From NCBI RefSeq assembly GCF_041886205.1, contig NZ_CP169029.1: a DNA stretch of 64,000 nt; one strand, written 5' to 3'. The notes beneath the pieces were generated by a model. That model had not been told where the DNA came from. It was given only the letters and a program-made list of their open reading frames with translations, and made no database searches. This DNA comes from Escherichia coli (GTDB taxonomy: Bacteria > Pseudomonadota > Gammaproteobacteria > Enterobacterales > Enterobacteriaceae). A program made the translations under genes and the position numbers. Positions 34,301-43,852 of this stretch are shown here, piece by piece (the stretch's first letter is position 1; every line of letters starts with the position of its first letter).

Positions 34301-36578
34301 CTCCATGACCGGGAACTTCACGCTAAGTAGTGAAACCGCCCGCACCGATGCAAACGGCGATGCCATGGTCACATTGCGAGGCACAAAAGCGGGTGAGTTT
34401 ACAGTTACGGCGACGCTGACAAGAAATAATACCATTGCTCATCAGCAAGTTTCTTTTATTGGGGATACAAACAGTGCGCAGCTCCAGCCGCTGACTGCCT
34501 CATTAAATACCATTGTTGCGGGTAACAGTACGGGGAGTACCCTGACGGCAACGATCCTGGACGCTTACCAAAATCCGCTTAAAGACCAGCTGGTCACTTT
34601 CCAGAGTAACGATGTCACTCTAAGCGGAACAGAAGTCACCACCAATACGCTGGGTCAGGCGACGGTAACAATGACCAGCAATATTGCCGGACAACATAAC
34701 GTCGTGGTGAGCCGGAAAGCACAAGCCTCCGATAATAAAACGTTTAGTTTATCAGTGCTCCCGGATGAAAGTTCGGCGAAGGTAATAAGTATAACCGGAG
34801 CCGAAAAAACGATAACGGTTGGCGAAAACATCACGCTACGGATACTCGTCCAGGACGCGTTTAACAATGTAATAGCGGGTCAACGTGTCAGATTAAGTGC
34901 GCAGCCAACAGCTCACATTACGATAGGCGATACGGCTTACACCGATAATAACGGTTATGCGTACGTTCACCTTATTAGCACCCAGTCTGGGGTTTATCAG
35001 GTGACGGCAACGCTGGACAATAACAGTAGTAGTAAGGTTGACGTGAATGTGGCAAATGGCAAACTCGAGTTAACATCATCGAAGCCAGAAACCACGGTCC
35101 ATAACAGTGAGGGTATTACGCTTACCGCAACGGCGAGAAATGCGCGGGATGAATTGATGCCTGGGCAAATTATCACCTTTAGCGTAACGCCTGAAGGTGC
35201 AACGCTAAGCAATACAGGGGAAGTCCTTACTGACCAGTCTGGTCAGGCCAAAGTGACGCTGACCAGTGACAAAGTGAATGTCTATACCGTTACGGCCACA
35301 ATGGGCAAAGATGTTCCCGTTCAGAGCCAGGTAACGGTTGCGGTTAAGGCAGATGCTAAAACGGCACATGTTGTAAGCGTCGTGGCCTCTCCTGACACCA
35401 TAACCGCCGACGGCGTTGATAGCAGCACCGTCACGTCACGAGTAGAAGATGATTACGGATTCCCGGTTGAAGGTGTCGATGTTAGTTATGCCTTAGACAC
35501 CAAAGGTCGCCCGGTTGTTAATATTCCAACTACGCGTACCGATCAATCCGGGCAAGTCACGGCGACAATAACCAGTACATTGGCAGAAACCTTAACAGTC
35601 AATGTGCAAGTTCCTGGTACAGCCAACCAATCCGCAGCTATTACCTTGATTGCCGGCACGGCGGATGAAAGTAAGTCAATTTTGAAATCCGACGTTGGCA
35701 CTCTGATGGCTGACTACCAGCATAGCGCGAAACTTACGCTAACATTGCAAGACAAGTACGGTAACCCGATAGTGACGTCTGATCATCTGGAATTTGTCCA
35801 GTCAGGTCCCTTCGTGAACTTTCTCAAGTTGAGCGATATTGATTACAGCCAAAGAAATTATGGCGAGTACACCGTGACTGTCACTGGCGGAAAAGAGGGA
35901 ACAGCGACTCTCATTCCCATGCTGAACGGGGTTCATCAGGCAAACTTAAGCGTATCGCTGAATCTCATCCGCTCGATAAAAGAAATGTCCGGTCATGTCA
36001 CTGCAAACAACCATACCTTCTCCACGGCTAAATTCCCGAGCGAAGGTTTTGCAGGAGCGTATTACACACTCAACAATGATAACTTTGAAGCGGGTAAAAC
36101 CGTTGATGATTATATGTTTTCAAGTTCACAGAGTTGGGTGTCTGTCGATGCGTCAGGTAAGGTTTCTTTCACAAATATCGGCGATCAAACGTCAGTCACA
36201 ATAAGCGCTGTTCCCCGACAAGGAGGTACAACCTACCAGACCTTAATTAAGCTGAAAGGCTGGTGGGTGAATAATGGAAATCAAACCAATATCTGGCTAA
36301 CTGCCAATGCGCTCTGTCATGCGAAAAATGATGGATATACTCTTCCTGGCATCACACATTTGACGTCTGGCGAAAACAAACGCACGCAGGGATCGCTATA
36401 TGGTGAATGGGGGAACGTTGCAGCGTTTTCCAGTAATTCGCCATTTACACCAGGTGCTTACTGGACAAATGAATCTGATGATTACAATAGGCACTACTAT
36501 GTGCAGATGCTAACGGGTATGACCGGAAGCGACGCTGATTCCAGCCCCCAACTGACCGCCTGCCGTAAATCACTTTAA
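31338..36578 (+). CDS. Inverse autotransporter adhesin (intimin/invasin family) with LysM, beta-barrel and many Big domains
   Basis: 1746 aa; SD GGAAGG; extended N-terminal signal region; LysM-like segment (SVADRFGVSLEELRRLNQF); intimin/invasin-type beta-barrel (GLGWRHFTPSWMSGINLFFDHDLSRYHSRAGLGAEYW); at least 12 Ig-like repeats (e.g. TLTATVTDFHNNPLKDMKVNF); divergent C-terminal domain with Cys residues. Confidence 0.8.
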   Translation: MASTNAHQIKNNDQNSLCGLGDKIRRLTAGVCLFTQIFFPVMATAQNVVHAKSQTTVSSAPPLIENNTVPYTLGALESAQSVADRFGVSLEELRRLNQFRTFARGFDNVRQGEELDVPATTSQKSHEQQNAVPPANGENTLENQIASTSQRVGTLLSQDMNSEQASGMARGWASSEASGAMTDWLNNFGTARISLGVDEDFSLKNSQFDFLHPWYDTPDYLLFSQHTLHRTDDRTQINTGLGWRHFTPSWMSGINLFFDHDLSRYHSRAGLGAEYWRDYLKLSSNAYIGLTGWRSAPELDNDFEARPANGWDLRAEGWLPAWPQLGGKLVYEQYYGDEVALFDKNDRQSNPHAITAGLNYTPFPLLTLSAEQRQGKQGENDTRFAVDLTWQPSSSMQKQLNPDEVAGRRSLVGSRYDLIDRNNNIVLEYRKKELIRLSLLDPVKGKSGEIKPLVSSLQTKYALKGYNIEAAALEAAGGKVSTSGKDITVTLPGYRFTNTPETDNTWSIDVTAEDVKGNLSHHEQSMVVIQAPTLSQKDSLLSVNPLTVAADKKSTTTLTVTAHDSDGTPVPGLALQTRSEGVQDITLSDWTDNGDGSYTQMLTAGTTSGSVTLTPQINGESAVKESIVVNIVPVVSSRDHSSITIDNVSYYAGDDIKVRVELKDDSNQPVAYQKEELVKAVTVENSKPGATIVWHEELPGVYTANYPAHKQGTALRAQLSLHNWNAPLQSHIYNIEANQNKARVATLSATNNDVYADKKTFNTLTINVTDESDNPLTNHQVTFKNEKGSAEFVEPPQQNTDAYGVATINMVSQVAEENTISATLPNGFSQRIIAKFVSDSSTPKFKQLVADPDTIIAGNSQGSTLTATVTDFHNNPLKDMKVNFVAPGGSQLDNTTATTDQYGIVRVHLTSSKAGSYSVDASLEADKNIHQSVTITVVPNREQSVMTLNAGSGSAVANNTNTVTLTASVKDVYGHPLPDEDVKFTLPASMTGNFTLSSETARTDANGDAMVTLRGTKAGEFTVTATLTRNNTIAHQQVSFIGDTNSAQLQPLTASLNTIVAGNSTGSTLTATILDAYQNPLKDQLVTFQSNDVTLSGTEVTTNTLGQATVTMTSNIAGQHNVVVSRKAQASDNKTFSLSVLPDESSAKVISITGAEKTITVGENITLRILVQDAFNNVIAGQRVRLSAQPTAHITIGDTAYTDNNGYAYVHLISTQSGVYQVTATLDNNSSSKVDVNVANGKLELTSSKPETTVHNSEGITLTATARNARDELMPGQIITFSVTPEGATLSNTGEVLTDQSGQAKVTLTSDKVNVYTVTATMGKDVPVQSQVTVAVKADAKTAHVVSVVASPDTITADGVDSSTVTSRVEDDYGFPVEGVDVSYALDTKGRPVVNIPTTRTDQSGQVTATITSTLAETLTVNVQVPGTANQSAAITLIAGTADESKSILKSDVGTLMADYQHSAKLTLTLQDKYGNPIVTSDHLEFVQSGPFVNFLKLSDIDYSQRNYGEYTVTVTGGKEGTATLIPMLNGVHQANLSVSLNLIRSIKEMSGHVTANNHTFSTAKFPSEGFAGAYYTLNNDNFEAGKTVDDYMFSSSQSWVSVDASGKVSFTNIGDQTSVTISAVPRQGGTTYQTLIKLKGWWVNNGNQTNIWLTANALCHAKNDGYTLPGITHLTSGENKRTQGSLYGEWGNVAAFSSNSPFTPGAYWTNESDDYNRHYYVQMLTGMTGSDADSSPQLTACRKSL

Positions 36579-36596
36579 TTTCTGCAGTTGTTATTA

Positions 36597-36626
36597 AAGG
36601 ATACCCTTGTGCGAGGGTATCCTTTC
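36597..36626. terminator. Perfect 12-bp inverted repeat between convergent adhesin gene and kptA
   Basis: aaaggataccct / tgtgcg / agggtatccttt. Confidence 0.6.
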
Positions 36627-36701
36627 CGACTGATAACAAACGCTACATTGCCTAATGCGCTGCGCTTATCTGGCCTATATAATCCCTGCAATATATTGAA
36701 T

Positions 36702-37286
36702 TTATTGTTTTTGTGGCCCAGCCGACATGAACGGCCACTCAAGAAACTCAACAGCAACCGTTGATGTCAGCCAGACCCCGTTTTCCGCTTGCCAGAAAGG
36801 GATGCCTCGTTTCGCCATTTCCTGTGCTTTGACGGTTAAGATAACCGGCGATCCGTGTCTTGCTCCCACTTTGCGTGCCGTTGCTTCATCAGCAGAGAGA
36901 TGTACGTAATGACGCTCCCCTGCAATCAGCCCCTGTTTTTTTATCTCGTCAAGGAAACGGCTTGCCGTACCGTGGTAGAGAAACTGTGGCGGTGTTTTTT
37001 CGGCAAAGGAAATGGCGACCTGCGAAGTCGAATGCCCCTGAACCGCGCGGATGCACCTACCATCACTGGAATAACTAAAACGCTTTTTATCGCTGGTGGC
37101 AACCACAGTATCCAGCAATGCACGGGTTAACCGCTTGCCCGCTTTTTGGGCACAGAGTATAAGCTTATCGATATCCGCCCATCCTTCACGGTCAAGTACG
37201 ATACCAATCGCCTCCGGTTTGTGTCGGAGGACAAAACTTAAAAACTTGCTCGTATCCGCCAGCTCTTTTTCGTTGTACTTTGCCAT
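36702..37286 (-). CDS. kptA: RNA 2'-phosphotransferase (Tpt1 family)
   Basis: Starts [25 protein letters not shown] (Tpt1 N-terminal motif); the ORF-track frame extends 34 codons further upstream, so the true start is uncertain. Confidence 0.78.
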   Translation of the reverse strand: MAKYNEKELADTSKFLSFVLRHKPEAIGIVLDREGWADIDKLILCAQKAGKRLTRALLDTVVATSDKKRFSYSSDGRCIRAVQGHSTSQVAISFAEKTPPQFLYHGTASRFLDEIKKQGLIAGERHYVHLSADEATARKVGARHGSPVILTVKAQEMAKRGIPFWQAENGVWLTSTVAVEFLEWPFMSAGPQKQ

Positions 37287-37523
37287 CTCGTTTTCGTCCC
37301 TGGATTTTCTGTTTTTATTTACTGATGTCATTGTCACTTGGTTTATGAATTTTCTGCAACTCAATCCTGCGCAGAGCCTTTTCCACACAGCGTAATTTTT
37401 CCGCTATGCAAAAAACGCATAGCCAGAAACATACTTGCATTTTCCCCATACCCACATGGCTGATAAGGTTTTTCCGCTCCAGGAATTTTCCTGGCTCAAG
37501 CAACACACAAACACAAAAAAACA

Positions 37524-38219
37524 ATGGGGATTGTTATGACACAACAAGGGGATGCTGTAGCCGGGGAGCTGGCGACAGAAAAAGTGGGCATTAAAGGGTA
37601 TCTGGCTTTTTTTCTCACCATAATCTTTTTTTCCGGTGTTTTTTCCGGGACAGACAGTTGGTGGCGCGTTTTTGATTTTTCCGTTCTGAACGGATCGTTT
37701 GGGCAACTGCCTGGTGCGAATGGAGCCACCACCTCATTTCGCGGGGCGGGTGGCGCGGGGGCTAAAGATGGCTTTCTCTTTGCGCTGGAGCTGGCACCGT
37801 CAGTCATTCTCTCTCTGGGGATTATTTCAATTACCGATGGTCTTGGTGGATTACGCGCCGCGCAGCAGTTAATGACACCTGTGCTAAAACCGTTGTTGGG
37901 CATTCCAGGGATCTGCTCGCTGGCGCTGATCGCTAACCTGCAAAACACGGATGCCGCCGCCGGTATGACCAAAGAGCTGGCGCAGGAAGGTGAAATTACC
38001 GAACGCGATAAAGTGATTTTCGCCGCATATCAAACCAGCGGTAGCGCCATCATCACCAACTACTTCTCTTCCGGCGTCGCGGTGTTTGCCTTTCTGGGCA
38101 CGTCCGTAATCGTACCTTTAGCCGTCATCCTGGTGTTTAAATTTGTCGGAGCCAACATTTTGCGCGTCTGGCTTAACTTCGAAGAACGTCGCAACCCAAC
38201 GCAAGGAGCGCAAGCATGA
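37524..38219 (+). CDS. yjiH: Inner-membrane protein YjiH (nucleoside-recognition-domain-like)
   Basis: 231-aa ORF (alternative ATG at 37536); hydrophobic; 4-bp overlap with yjiG. Confidence 0.72.
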   Translation: MGIVMTQQGDAVAGELATEKVGIKGYLAFFLTIIFFSGVFSGTDSWWRVFDFSVLNGSFGQLPGANGATTSFRGAGGAGAKDGFLFALELAPSVILSLGIISITDGLGGLRAAQQLMTPVLKPLLGIPGICSLALIANLQNTDAAAGMTKELAQEGEITERDKVIFAAYQTSGSAIITNYFSSGVAVFAFLGTSVIVPLAVILVFKFVGANILRVWLNFEERRNPTQGAQA

Positions 38220-38677
38220 CAACTCAGGTCCGCAAAAATGTCATGGATATGTTTATCGATGGTGCGCGCCGTGGCTTTACTATCGCCACGACCAACCTGC
38301 TGCCAAACGTGGTGATGGCGTTTGTCATCATTCAGGCGCTGAAAATTACCGGCCTGCTCGACTGGGTGGGGCATATCTGTGAACCCGTAATGGCGCTGTG
38401 GGGATTACCCGGTGAAGCGGCAACCGTCCTTTTAGCCGCATTAATGAGTATGGGCGGCGCAGTCGGTGTTGCCGCCAGTCTGGCGACCGCCGGCGCATTA
38501 ACCGGTCACGATGTCACCGTTTTACTGCCCGCGATGTATTTAATGGGCAACCCGGTGCAAAATGTCGGTCGCTGCCTGGGGACAGCCGAAGTGAATGCCA
38601 AATATTACCCGCATATCATTACGGTCTGCGTGATTAACGCATTGCTGTCGATCTGGGTTATGCAGCTTATTGTTTAA
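38216..38677 (+). CDS. yjiG: Inner-membrane protein YjiG
   Basis: 153 aa; ATGA overlap with yjiH; synteny with iadA. Confidence 0.72.
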   Translation: MTTQVRKNVMDMFIDGARRGFTIATTNLLPNVVMAFVIIQALKITGLLDWVGHICEPVMALWGLPGEAATVLLAALMSMGGAVGVAASLATAGALTGHDVTVLLPAMYLMGNPVQNVGRCLGTAEVNAKYYPHIITVCVINALLSIWVMQLIV

Positions 38678-38689
38678 CAAGGAGTTACC

Positions 38690-39862
38690 ATGATTGATTA
38701 TACCGCAGCCGGTTTTACCCTGCTGCAGGGAGCGCATTTGTATGCGCCGGAAGATCGGGGAATTTGCGATGTCCTCGTCGCTAACGGCAAAATTATCGCC
38801 GTTGCCAGCAATATCCCTTCTGACATTGTACCGGACTGCACGGTTGTCGATCTCAGCGGGCAGATCCTCTGTCCTGGTTTTATTGATCAACACGTCCATT
38901 TGATTGGTGGTGGCGGTGAAGCAGGTCCCACGACGCGCACGCCAGAAGTGGCGCTAAGTCGCCTGACGGAAGCGGGCGTCACGTCAGTGGTTGGTCTGCT
39001 GGGCACCGACTCTATCTCTCGCCACCCGGAATCCCTGCTCGCCAAGACCCGTGCGCTCAATGAAGAAGGCATCAGCGCCTGGATGCTGACCGGCGCTTAT
39101 CATGTCCCTTCCCGCACCATTACAGGTTCCGTGGAAAAAGACGTGGCGATTATCGATCGTGTGATTGGCGTGAAATGCGCCATCTCTGATCACCGTTCTG
39201 CCGCACCGGACGTTTATCACCTGGCTAATATGGCGGCGGAATCCCGCGTTGGCGGTTTGCTCGGCGGTAAACCTGGCGTCACCGTGTTCCACATGGGCGA
39301 CAGCAAAAAGGCGTTACAGCCTGTCTATGACCTGCTGGAAAACTGCGATGTGCCGATCAGCAAGTTGCTGCCGACCCACGTTAACCGCAACGTTCCGTTG
39401 TTTGAGCAGGCGCTGGAGTTCGCGCGCAAAGGCGGCACTATCGATATCACCAGCAGCATTGACGAACCGGTCGCCCCTGCCGAAGGTATTGCGCGCGCCG
39501 TTCAGGCGGGTATTCCGCTGGCACGCGTCACCCTCAGCTCCGACGGCAACGGTAGCCAGCCGTTCTTCGATGACGAAGGGAATTTAACCCATATCGGTGT
39601 TGCCGGTTTTGAAACGTTGCTGGAAACCGTGCAGGTGCTGGTCAAAGACTATGATTTCAGTATCAGCGATGCCCTGCGCCCGCTCACCAGTAGCGTAGCC
39701 GGTTTCCTTAACCTGACCGGGAAAGGCGAAATTCTGCCAGGCAATGATGCTGACTTGCTGGTCATGACGCCAGAACTGCGCATTGAGCAGGTATACGCTC
39801 GCGGCAAACTGATGGTCAAAGACGGCAAAGCCTGCGTGAAAGGAACGTTTGAAACGGCTTAA
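38690..39862 (+). CDS. iadA: Isoaspartyl dipeptidase (amidohydrolase superfamily)
   Basis: 390 aa; metal-binding HxH motif (GFIDQHVHLIGGGGE); SD AAGGAG. Confidence 0.85.
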   Translation: MIDYTAAGFTLLQGAHLYAPEDRGICDVLVANGKIIAVASNIPSDIVPDCTVVDLSGQILCPGFIDQHVHLIGGGGEAGPTTRTPEVALSRLTEAGVTSVVGLLGTDSISRHPESLLAKTRALNEEGISAWMLTGAYHVPSRTITGSVEKDVAIIDRVIGVKCAISDHRSAAPDVYHLANMAAESRVGGLLGGKPGVTVFHMGDSKKALQPVYDLLENCDVPISKLLPTHVNRNVPLFEQALEFARKGGTIDITSSIDEPVAPAEGIARAVQAGIPLARVTLSSDGNGSQPFFDDEGNLTHIGVAGFETLLETVQVLVKDYDFSISDALRPLTSSVAGFLNLTGKGEILPGNDADLLVMTPELRIEQVYARGKLMVKDGKACVKGTFETA

Positions 39863-39926
39863 ACGGTTGTCAGCCGCCCGAATGGACGTAGAATGCCCGC
39901 AAGGGCGGCTGACAGAGTAAAACGTA

Positions 39927-40763
39927 ATGGATGACTGTGGTGCGATTTTGCATAATATTGAAACCAAATGGCTTTATGATTTTCTGACCCTGGAAAAATG
40001 CCGCAATTTTTCCCAGGCGGCAGTCAGTCGCAACGTCTCGCAACCGGCATTCAGCCGCCGCATCCGTGCGCTGGAACAGGCGATTGGTGTTGAATTGTTT
40101 AACCGCCAGGTAACGCCGCTGCAACTCTCAGAACAAGGGAAAATCTTCCATTCGCAGATCCGCCATCTGTTGCAACAGTTAGAGAGCAATCTGGCAGAGC
40201 TGCGTGGCGGCAGCGATTACGCGCAACGAAAAATCAAGATAGCCGCTGCACACTCTCTTTCCCTCGGGCTGTTACCGTCCATTATCAGCCAGATGCCGCC
40301 GCTCTTTACCTGGGCAATTGAAGCTATTGATGTCGATGAAGCGGTCGATAAACTGCGTGAAGGGCAAAGTGACTGTATTTTTTCCTTTCACGACGAAGAT
40401 TTGCTGGAAGCGCCGTTTGACCACATTCGCTTATTTGAATCTCAATTGTTCCCTGTCTGCGCCAGTGACGAACACGGAGAAGCACTTTTTAACCTCGCGC
40501 AGCCACACTTTCCGTTACTGAATTACAGCCGCAACTCCTACATGGGGCGATTGATTAATCGCACCCTGACGCGCCACAGTGAGTTAAGTTTCAGCACCTT
40601 TTTTGTCTCTTCGATGAGCGAGCTTTTAAAGCAGGTTGCCCTCGACGGCTGTGGGATTGCCTGGCTGCCGGAGTACGCCATCCAACAAGAAATTCGCAGC
40701 GGGAAGCTCGTTGTACTGAATCGGGACGAACTGGTGATCCCGATTCTGGCCTATGCATACTGA
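39927..40763 (+). CDS. hypT: LysR-family hypochlorite-responsive regulator, C-terminally truncated allele
   Basis: LysR wHTH (LEKCRNFSQAAVSRNVSQPAFSRRIRALE); ORF ends at TGA 40761-40763 and the same frame continues for 24 more sense codons ([24 protein letters not shown]) before the next stop; 278 + 1 + 24 = 303, the length I recall for HypT. Confidence 0.75.
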   Translation: MDDCGAILHNIETKWLYDFLTLEKCRNFSQAAVSRNVSQPAFSRRIRALEQAIGVELFNRQVTPLQLSEQGKIFHSQIRHLLQQLESNLAELRGGSDYAQRKIKIAAAHSLSLGLLPSIISQMPPLFTWAIEAIDVDEAVDKLREGQSDCIFSFHDEDLLEAPFDHIRLFESQLFPVCASDEHGEALFNLAQPHFPLLNYSRNSYMGRLINRTLTRHSELSFSTFFVSSMSELLKQVALDGCGIAWLPEYAIQQEIRSGKLVVLNRDELVIPILAYAY

Positions 40764-40830
40764 ATGAATACCCGCATGAATCCAGTTGCCGAACGCTTCT
40801 GGCGTGAACTGCGCGAGCTGGAGATTGTAC

Positions 40831-41223
40831 TTAGCTGACATTCTCCAGCGTCGCACTACGCCAACCGCCATTATCCCAGACCAGATCAAACGTTAGCGGT
40901 TCATCGTCGTGGTACAGCATTATCTCAAGGCTGATCGCCAGCGTGTGACTGTACGCTTCTTTCAGATTGACCTGCAACGCCGCAATCCGTGGCTCATGAA
41001 ATAACAGTGCAGAACGCAGCTGACGGCAATACCAGCTCTGGAGATGTTTGTCGCTCTGGTTATGCACTTGCCACTCGGGCATGCCTGAAACAAGTAATGA
41101 CGGTAATGCCGAAAGAGGAGAATTAAAAAGAGTGAGGAGATCGCTGCATACCGATTTACGCAGCAATGACGTTTTATTGCCTGAAATTTTAGGTAAAACA
41201 GCCTGAAGTGATTGGCGCATCAT
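40831..41223 (-). CDS. iraD: Anti-adaptor protein stabilising RpoS
   Basis: 130 aa from [11 protein letters not shown]; synteny between hypT and yjiC. Confidence 0.78.
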   Translation of the reverse strand: MMRQSLQAVLPKISGNKTSLLRKSVCSDLLTLFNSPLSALPSLLVSGMPEWQVHNQSDKHLQSWYCRQLRSALLFHEPRIAALQVNLKEAYSHTLAISLEIMLYHDDEPLTFDLVWDNGGWRSATLENVS

Positions 41224-41894
41224 TTTGCGCACTCCTGACGTTTAGCAACATATGCGGCTTGCCCTGAACACCGGGCACCACTGTATTGATGCTCATTTTC
41301 CATAGCCATTCCCTTTTGTTCATTACATCCATGTCAGTCTGAGACAGGCCTGAATCCTGTCAGCAAAGTATAAAACCTTACTTGCCTATGAATATCTACT
41401 GACTTTTCAGGAAAAAAGTCATGATTTGATAAAAATCATCAAACTCAAAAAAAAACCGCTAGTATATTCTGAATATTCCGAATAGTTACGTAGATGAAAA
41501 TACTTGTCACCGCCGCTACTTAATTCCGGTTGGAAATTATTTATTTCCGCATAATCATCTATGTATTATTTGAAACAATTAGTTTGTAAATAATATAAAT
41601 TGATAACATATCAAATACATCAAAAATACCATTCACAGGCATTATTAATATAGACCTCAATATAGCAACATCAAATTCCAATTAGTAATAAGATATGCTT
41701 TTAAATTGCATGCAAATAATTTTAAATGAGCGTTTTTTGATACTTTAGAGTGTTTCCTACCATTTAATATCACTGTGTAGAGTTGATATCACTACAACAG
41801 AAACATGCATGTCATTTGTTTACTTCTCTTTTACTACAGAAAAATTTATCTATTTTTCTAAACATCAGTGAAATACTCATAAAAGGTAACTATT

Positions 41895-42725
41895 ATGTCT
41901 ATGCCATTAAGCAATGCCGCTAATAACCAATTCTATATAAATAATCACTTCCTTCATCATCCAAAAGTCGACAATGAGTTAACACGTAAATATGAACGTG
42001 CACGCCTGGATACGGAAAATATCTATCTTCTGCCTCTTACTCGTGGCAATAACCATAATTACGATGGAAAAAGCGTTGTCGAAATTAGAAAACTTGATAT
42101 TAGTAAAGAGTCCTGGCCATTTAATTATGTGACAGAAACATGCAGAGAATCCGATGGTATTACAACAACAGGTCGTATGCTCTATCGAAACTTGCGAATT
42201 ACCTCAGCTTTAGACGAAATATATGGTGGTATATGTAAAAAGGCGCATGCTGCCACAGAGTTAGCAGAAGGATTACGGCTAAATTTATTTATGAAGAGCC
42301 CTTTCGATCCTGTTGAGGACTATACAGTTCATGAAATAACATTAGGCCCTGGTTGCAATGTTCCTGGTTATGCCGGAACCACGATAGGATATATTTCAAC
42401 CCTTCCAGCTTCTCAGGCAAAAAGATGGACCAATGAGCAGCCAAGGATTGATATCTATATTGATCAGATAATGACGGTAACAGGGGTAGCAAATTCTTCC
42501 GGATTCGCCCTTGCCGTATTACTTAATGCTAATATTGAGTTGGGTAATGACCCAATAATTGGTATAGAAGCCTATCCCGGTACCGCGGAGATCCATGCAA
42601 AAATGGGATATAAAGTTATCCCGGGTGATGAAAATGCACCACTCAAACGTATGACTCTGCAACCGTCATCTCTTCCAGAACTGTTTGAATTAAAAAATGG
42701 TGAATGGAATTATATTGGTAAATAA
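41895..42725 (+). CDS. yjiC: Uncharacterised protein YjiC
   Basis: 276-aa ORF in AT-rich DNA preceded by about 650 bp of AT-rich non-coding sequence; synteny. Confidence 0.65.
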   Translation: MSMPLSNAANNQFYINNHFLHHPKVDNELTRKYERARLDTENIYLLPLTRGNNHNYDGKSVVEIRKLDISKESWPFNYVTETCRESDGITTTGRMLYRNLRITSALDEIYGGICKKAHAATELAEGLRLNLFMKSPFDPVEDYTVHEITLGPGCNVPGYAGTTIGYISTLPASQAKRWTNEQPRIDIYIDQIMTVTGVANSSGFALAVLLNANIELGNDPIIGIEAYPGTAEIHAKMGYKVIPGDENAPLKRMTLQPSSLPELFELKNGEWNYIGK

Positions 42726-42865
42726 CTACCAGGAAGAATGAGTACTAACATTCAGGTTATACAGATAGCTAAACAATACCCTGCAATTTACAAAGTAATA
42801 CTCATTGCGACTTCTTAATTTAAGAAAGCGCAAGGAACGTTTACCCTTGCGCTTATTATAATAAG

Positions 42866-43639
42866 TCAGGCGTCGACTTTATCCAGCGGCCATGAATCAA
42901 ACAGATAGCCATCAAAATAAATATCGTCAACGTTCGAGAATTCCAGCAGACGTTGCTTAACGTTTTCCAGATGCTGCCACATTGCCAGCTTCGCCGCTCG
43001 GGCATCTTTTTTGATTAACGCGGCGAGGATCTGTTTGTGATCGCCCAACCACTCTTTGCGATACAGGCTGTCATCCAGATGGCTGTGCAACTGGATCCAC
43101 ATTGGATTGTTTTCCCGCCACTGCCAGGACTGACGGAACAGCTCCACCAGCATGCTGTTATGCGTTGCTTCGGCAATAGCGAGATGGAACTGCATGTCAC
43201 CGCTTTCGCTGCTGCCCGGCGCACTGGAAGCCAGTTCACGCTCTTCCAGTTGCAATGCCTGACGCATTTTGACGATATCTTCGCGGGTAGCCTGCAGGGC
43301 GGCAAACTCGGCGATGTTGCTCTCAAGAAGCTGTCGCGCCTGCAACAGCTCAAAAGGACCCGCATCATTGCAAACGTTGGCATCCGGACTGTCTGTGTTG
43401 TGGCTGCCTGAGCTATCAAGAACATAGATACCGGCACCCCGGCGCACTTCCACCAGCCCTTTGATCTCCAGCATGATCAGCGCTTCACGTACCACCGTCC
43501 GCGTGACATCAAGCATTTCTGCAATTTCACGCTCCGGCGGCAGCCGTTCGCCAGGATTGTACGGCGTCTTTATGATCAGATCGCGGATCATCGCCCCGAC
43601 TTCCTGGTAAGGTCTTTGCGCAGAGGTGGCAGATTTCAT
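42866..43639 (-). CDS. uxuR: GntR/FadR-family repressor of hexuronate utilisation
   Basis: 257 aa; N-terminal wHTH (DVTRTVVREALIMLEIKGLVEVRRGAGIYV) plus FCD domain. Confidence 0.9.
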   Translation of the reverse strand: MKSATSAQRPYQEVGAMIRDLIIKTPYNPGERLPPEREIAEMLDVTRTVVREALIMLEIKGLVEVRRGAGIYVLDSSGSHNTDSPDANVCNDAGPFELLQARQLLESNIAEFAALQATREDIVKMRQALQLEERELASSAPGSSESGDMQFHLAIAEATHNSMLVELFRQSWQWRENNPMWIQLHSHLDDSLYRKEWLGDHKQILAALIKKDARAAKLAMWQHLENVKQRLLEFSNVDDIYFDGYLFDSWPLDKVDA

Positions 43640-43675
43640 GGTGTTGTGTCCGTTAGGTGCGGTTAATCAAATTTT

Positions 43676-43710
43676 GCCGGATGCGGCGTGAACGCCTTAT
43701 CCGGCCTACA
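43676..43710. repeat. REP element
   Basis: gccggatgcggcgtgaacgccttatccggcctaca. Confidence 0.75.
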
Positions 43711-43782
43711 ACGGGCAATTTTACGGCCCCCGTTAATCTCAAACTATACCATTAGCACTGGAAGTTGGCACGTACAGGTGGG

Positions 43783-43832
43783 CAAAAAAACGAAAACTGG
43801 TCAACCAAATATCAGTTTGATTGACCAGTAAG
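43783..43832 (-). terminator. Intrinsic terminator downstream of uxuB
   Basis: Minus-strand hairpin actggtcaa / 16-nt loop / ttgaccagt followed by a T-run (plus-strand aaaaaaacgaaa at 43783-43793). Confidence 0.55.
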
Positions 43833-43852
43833 TCTGTAGGGTAATCAGTTAG

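Noticed and set aside
43794-43832. Inverted repeat actggtcaa ... ttgaccagt as a UxuR operator
   Set aside because: On the minus strand it is followed by a T-run directly after the uxuB stop, so an intrinsic terminator is the simpler reading; operator function is not excluded
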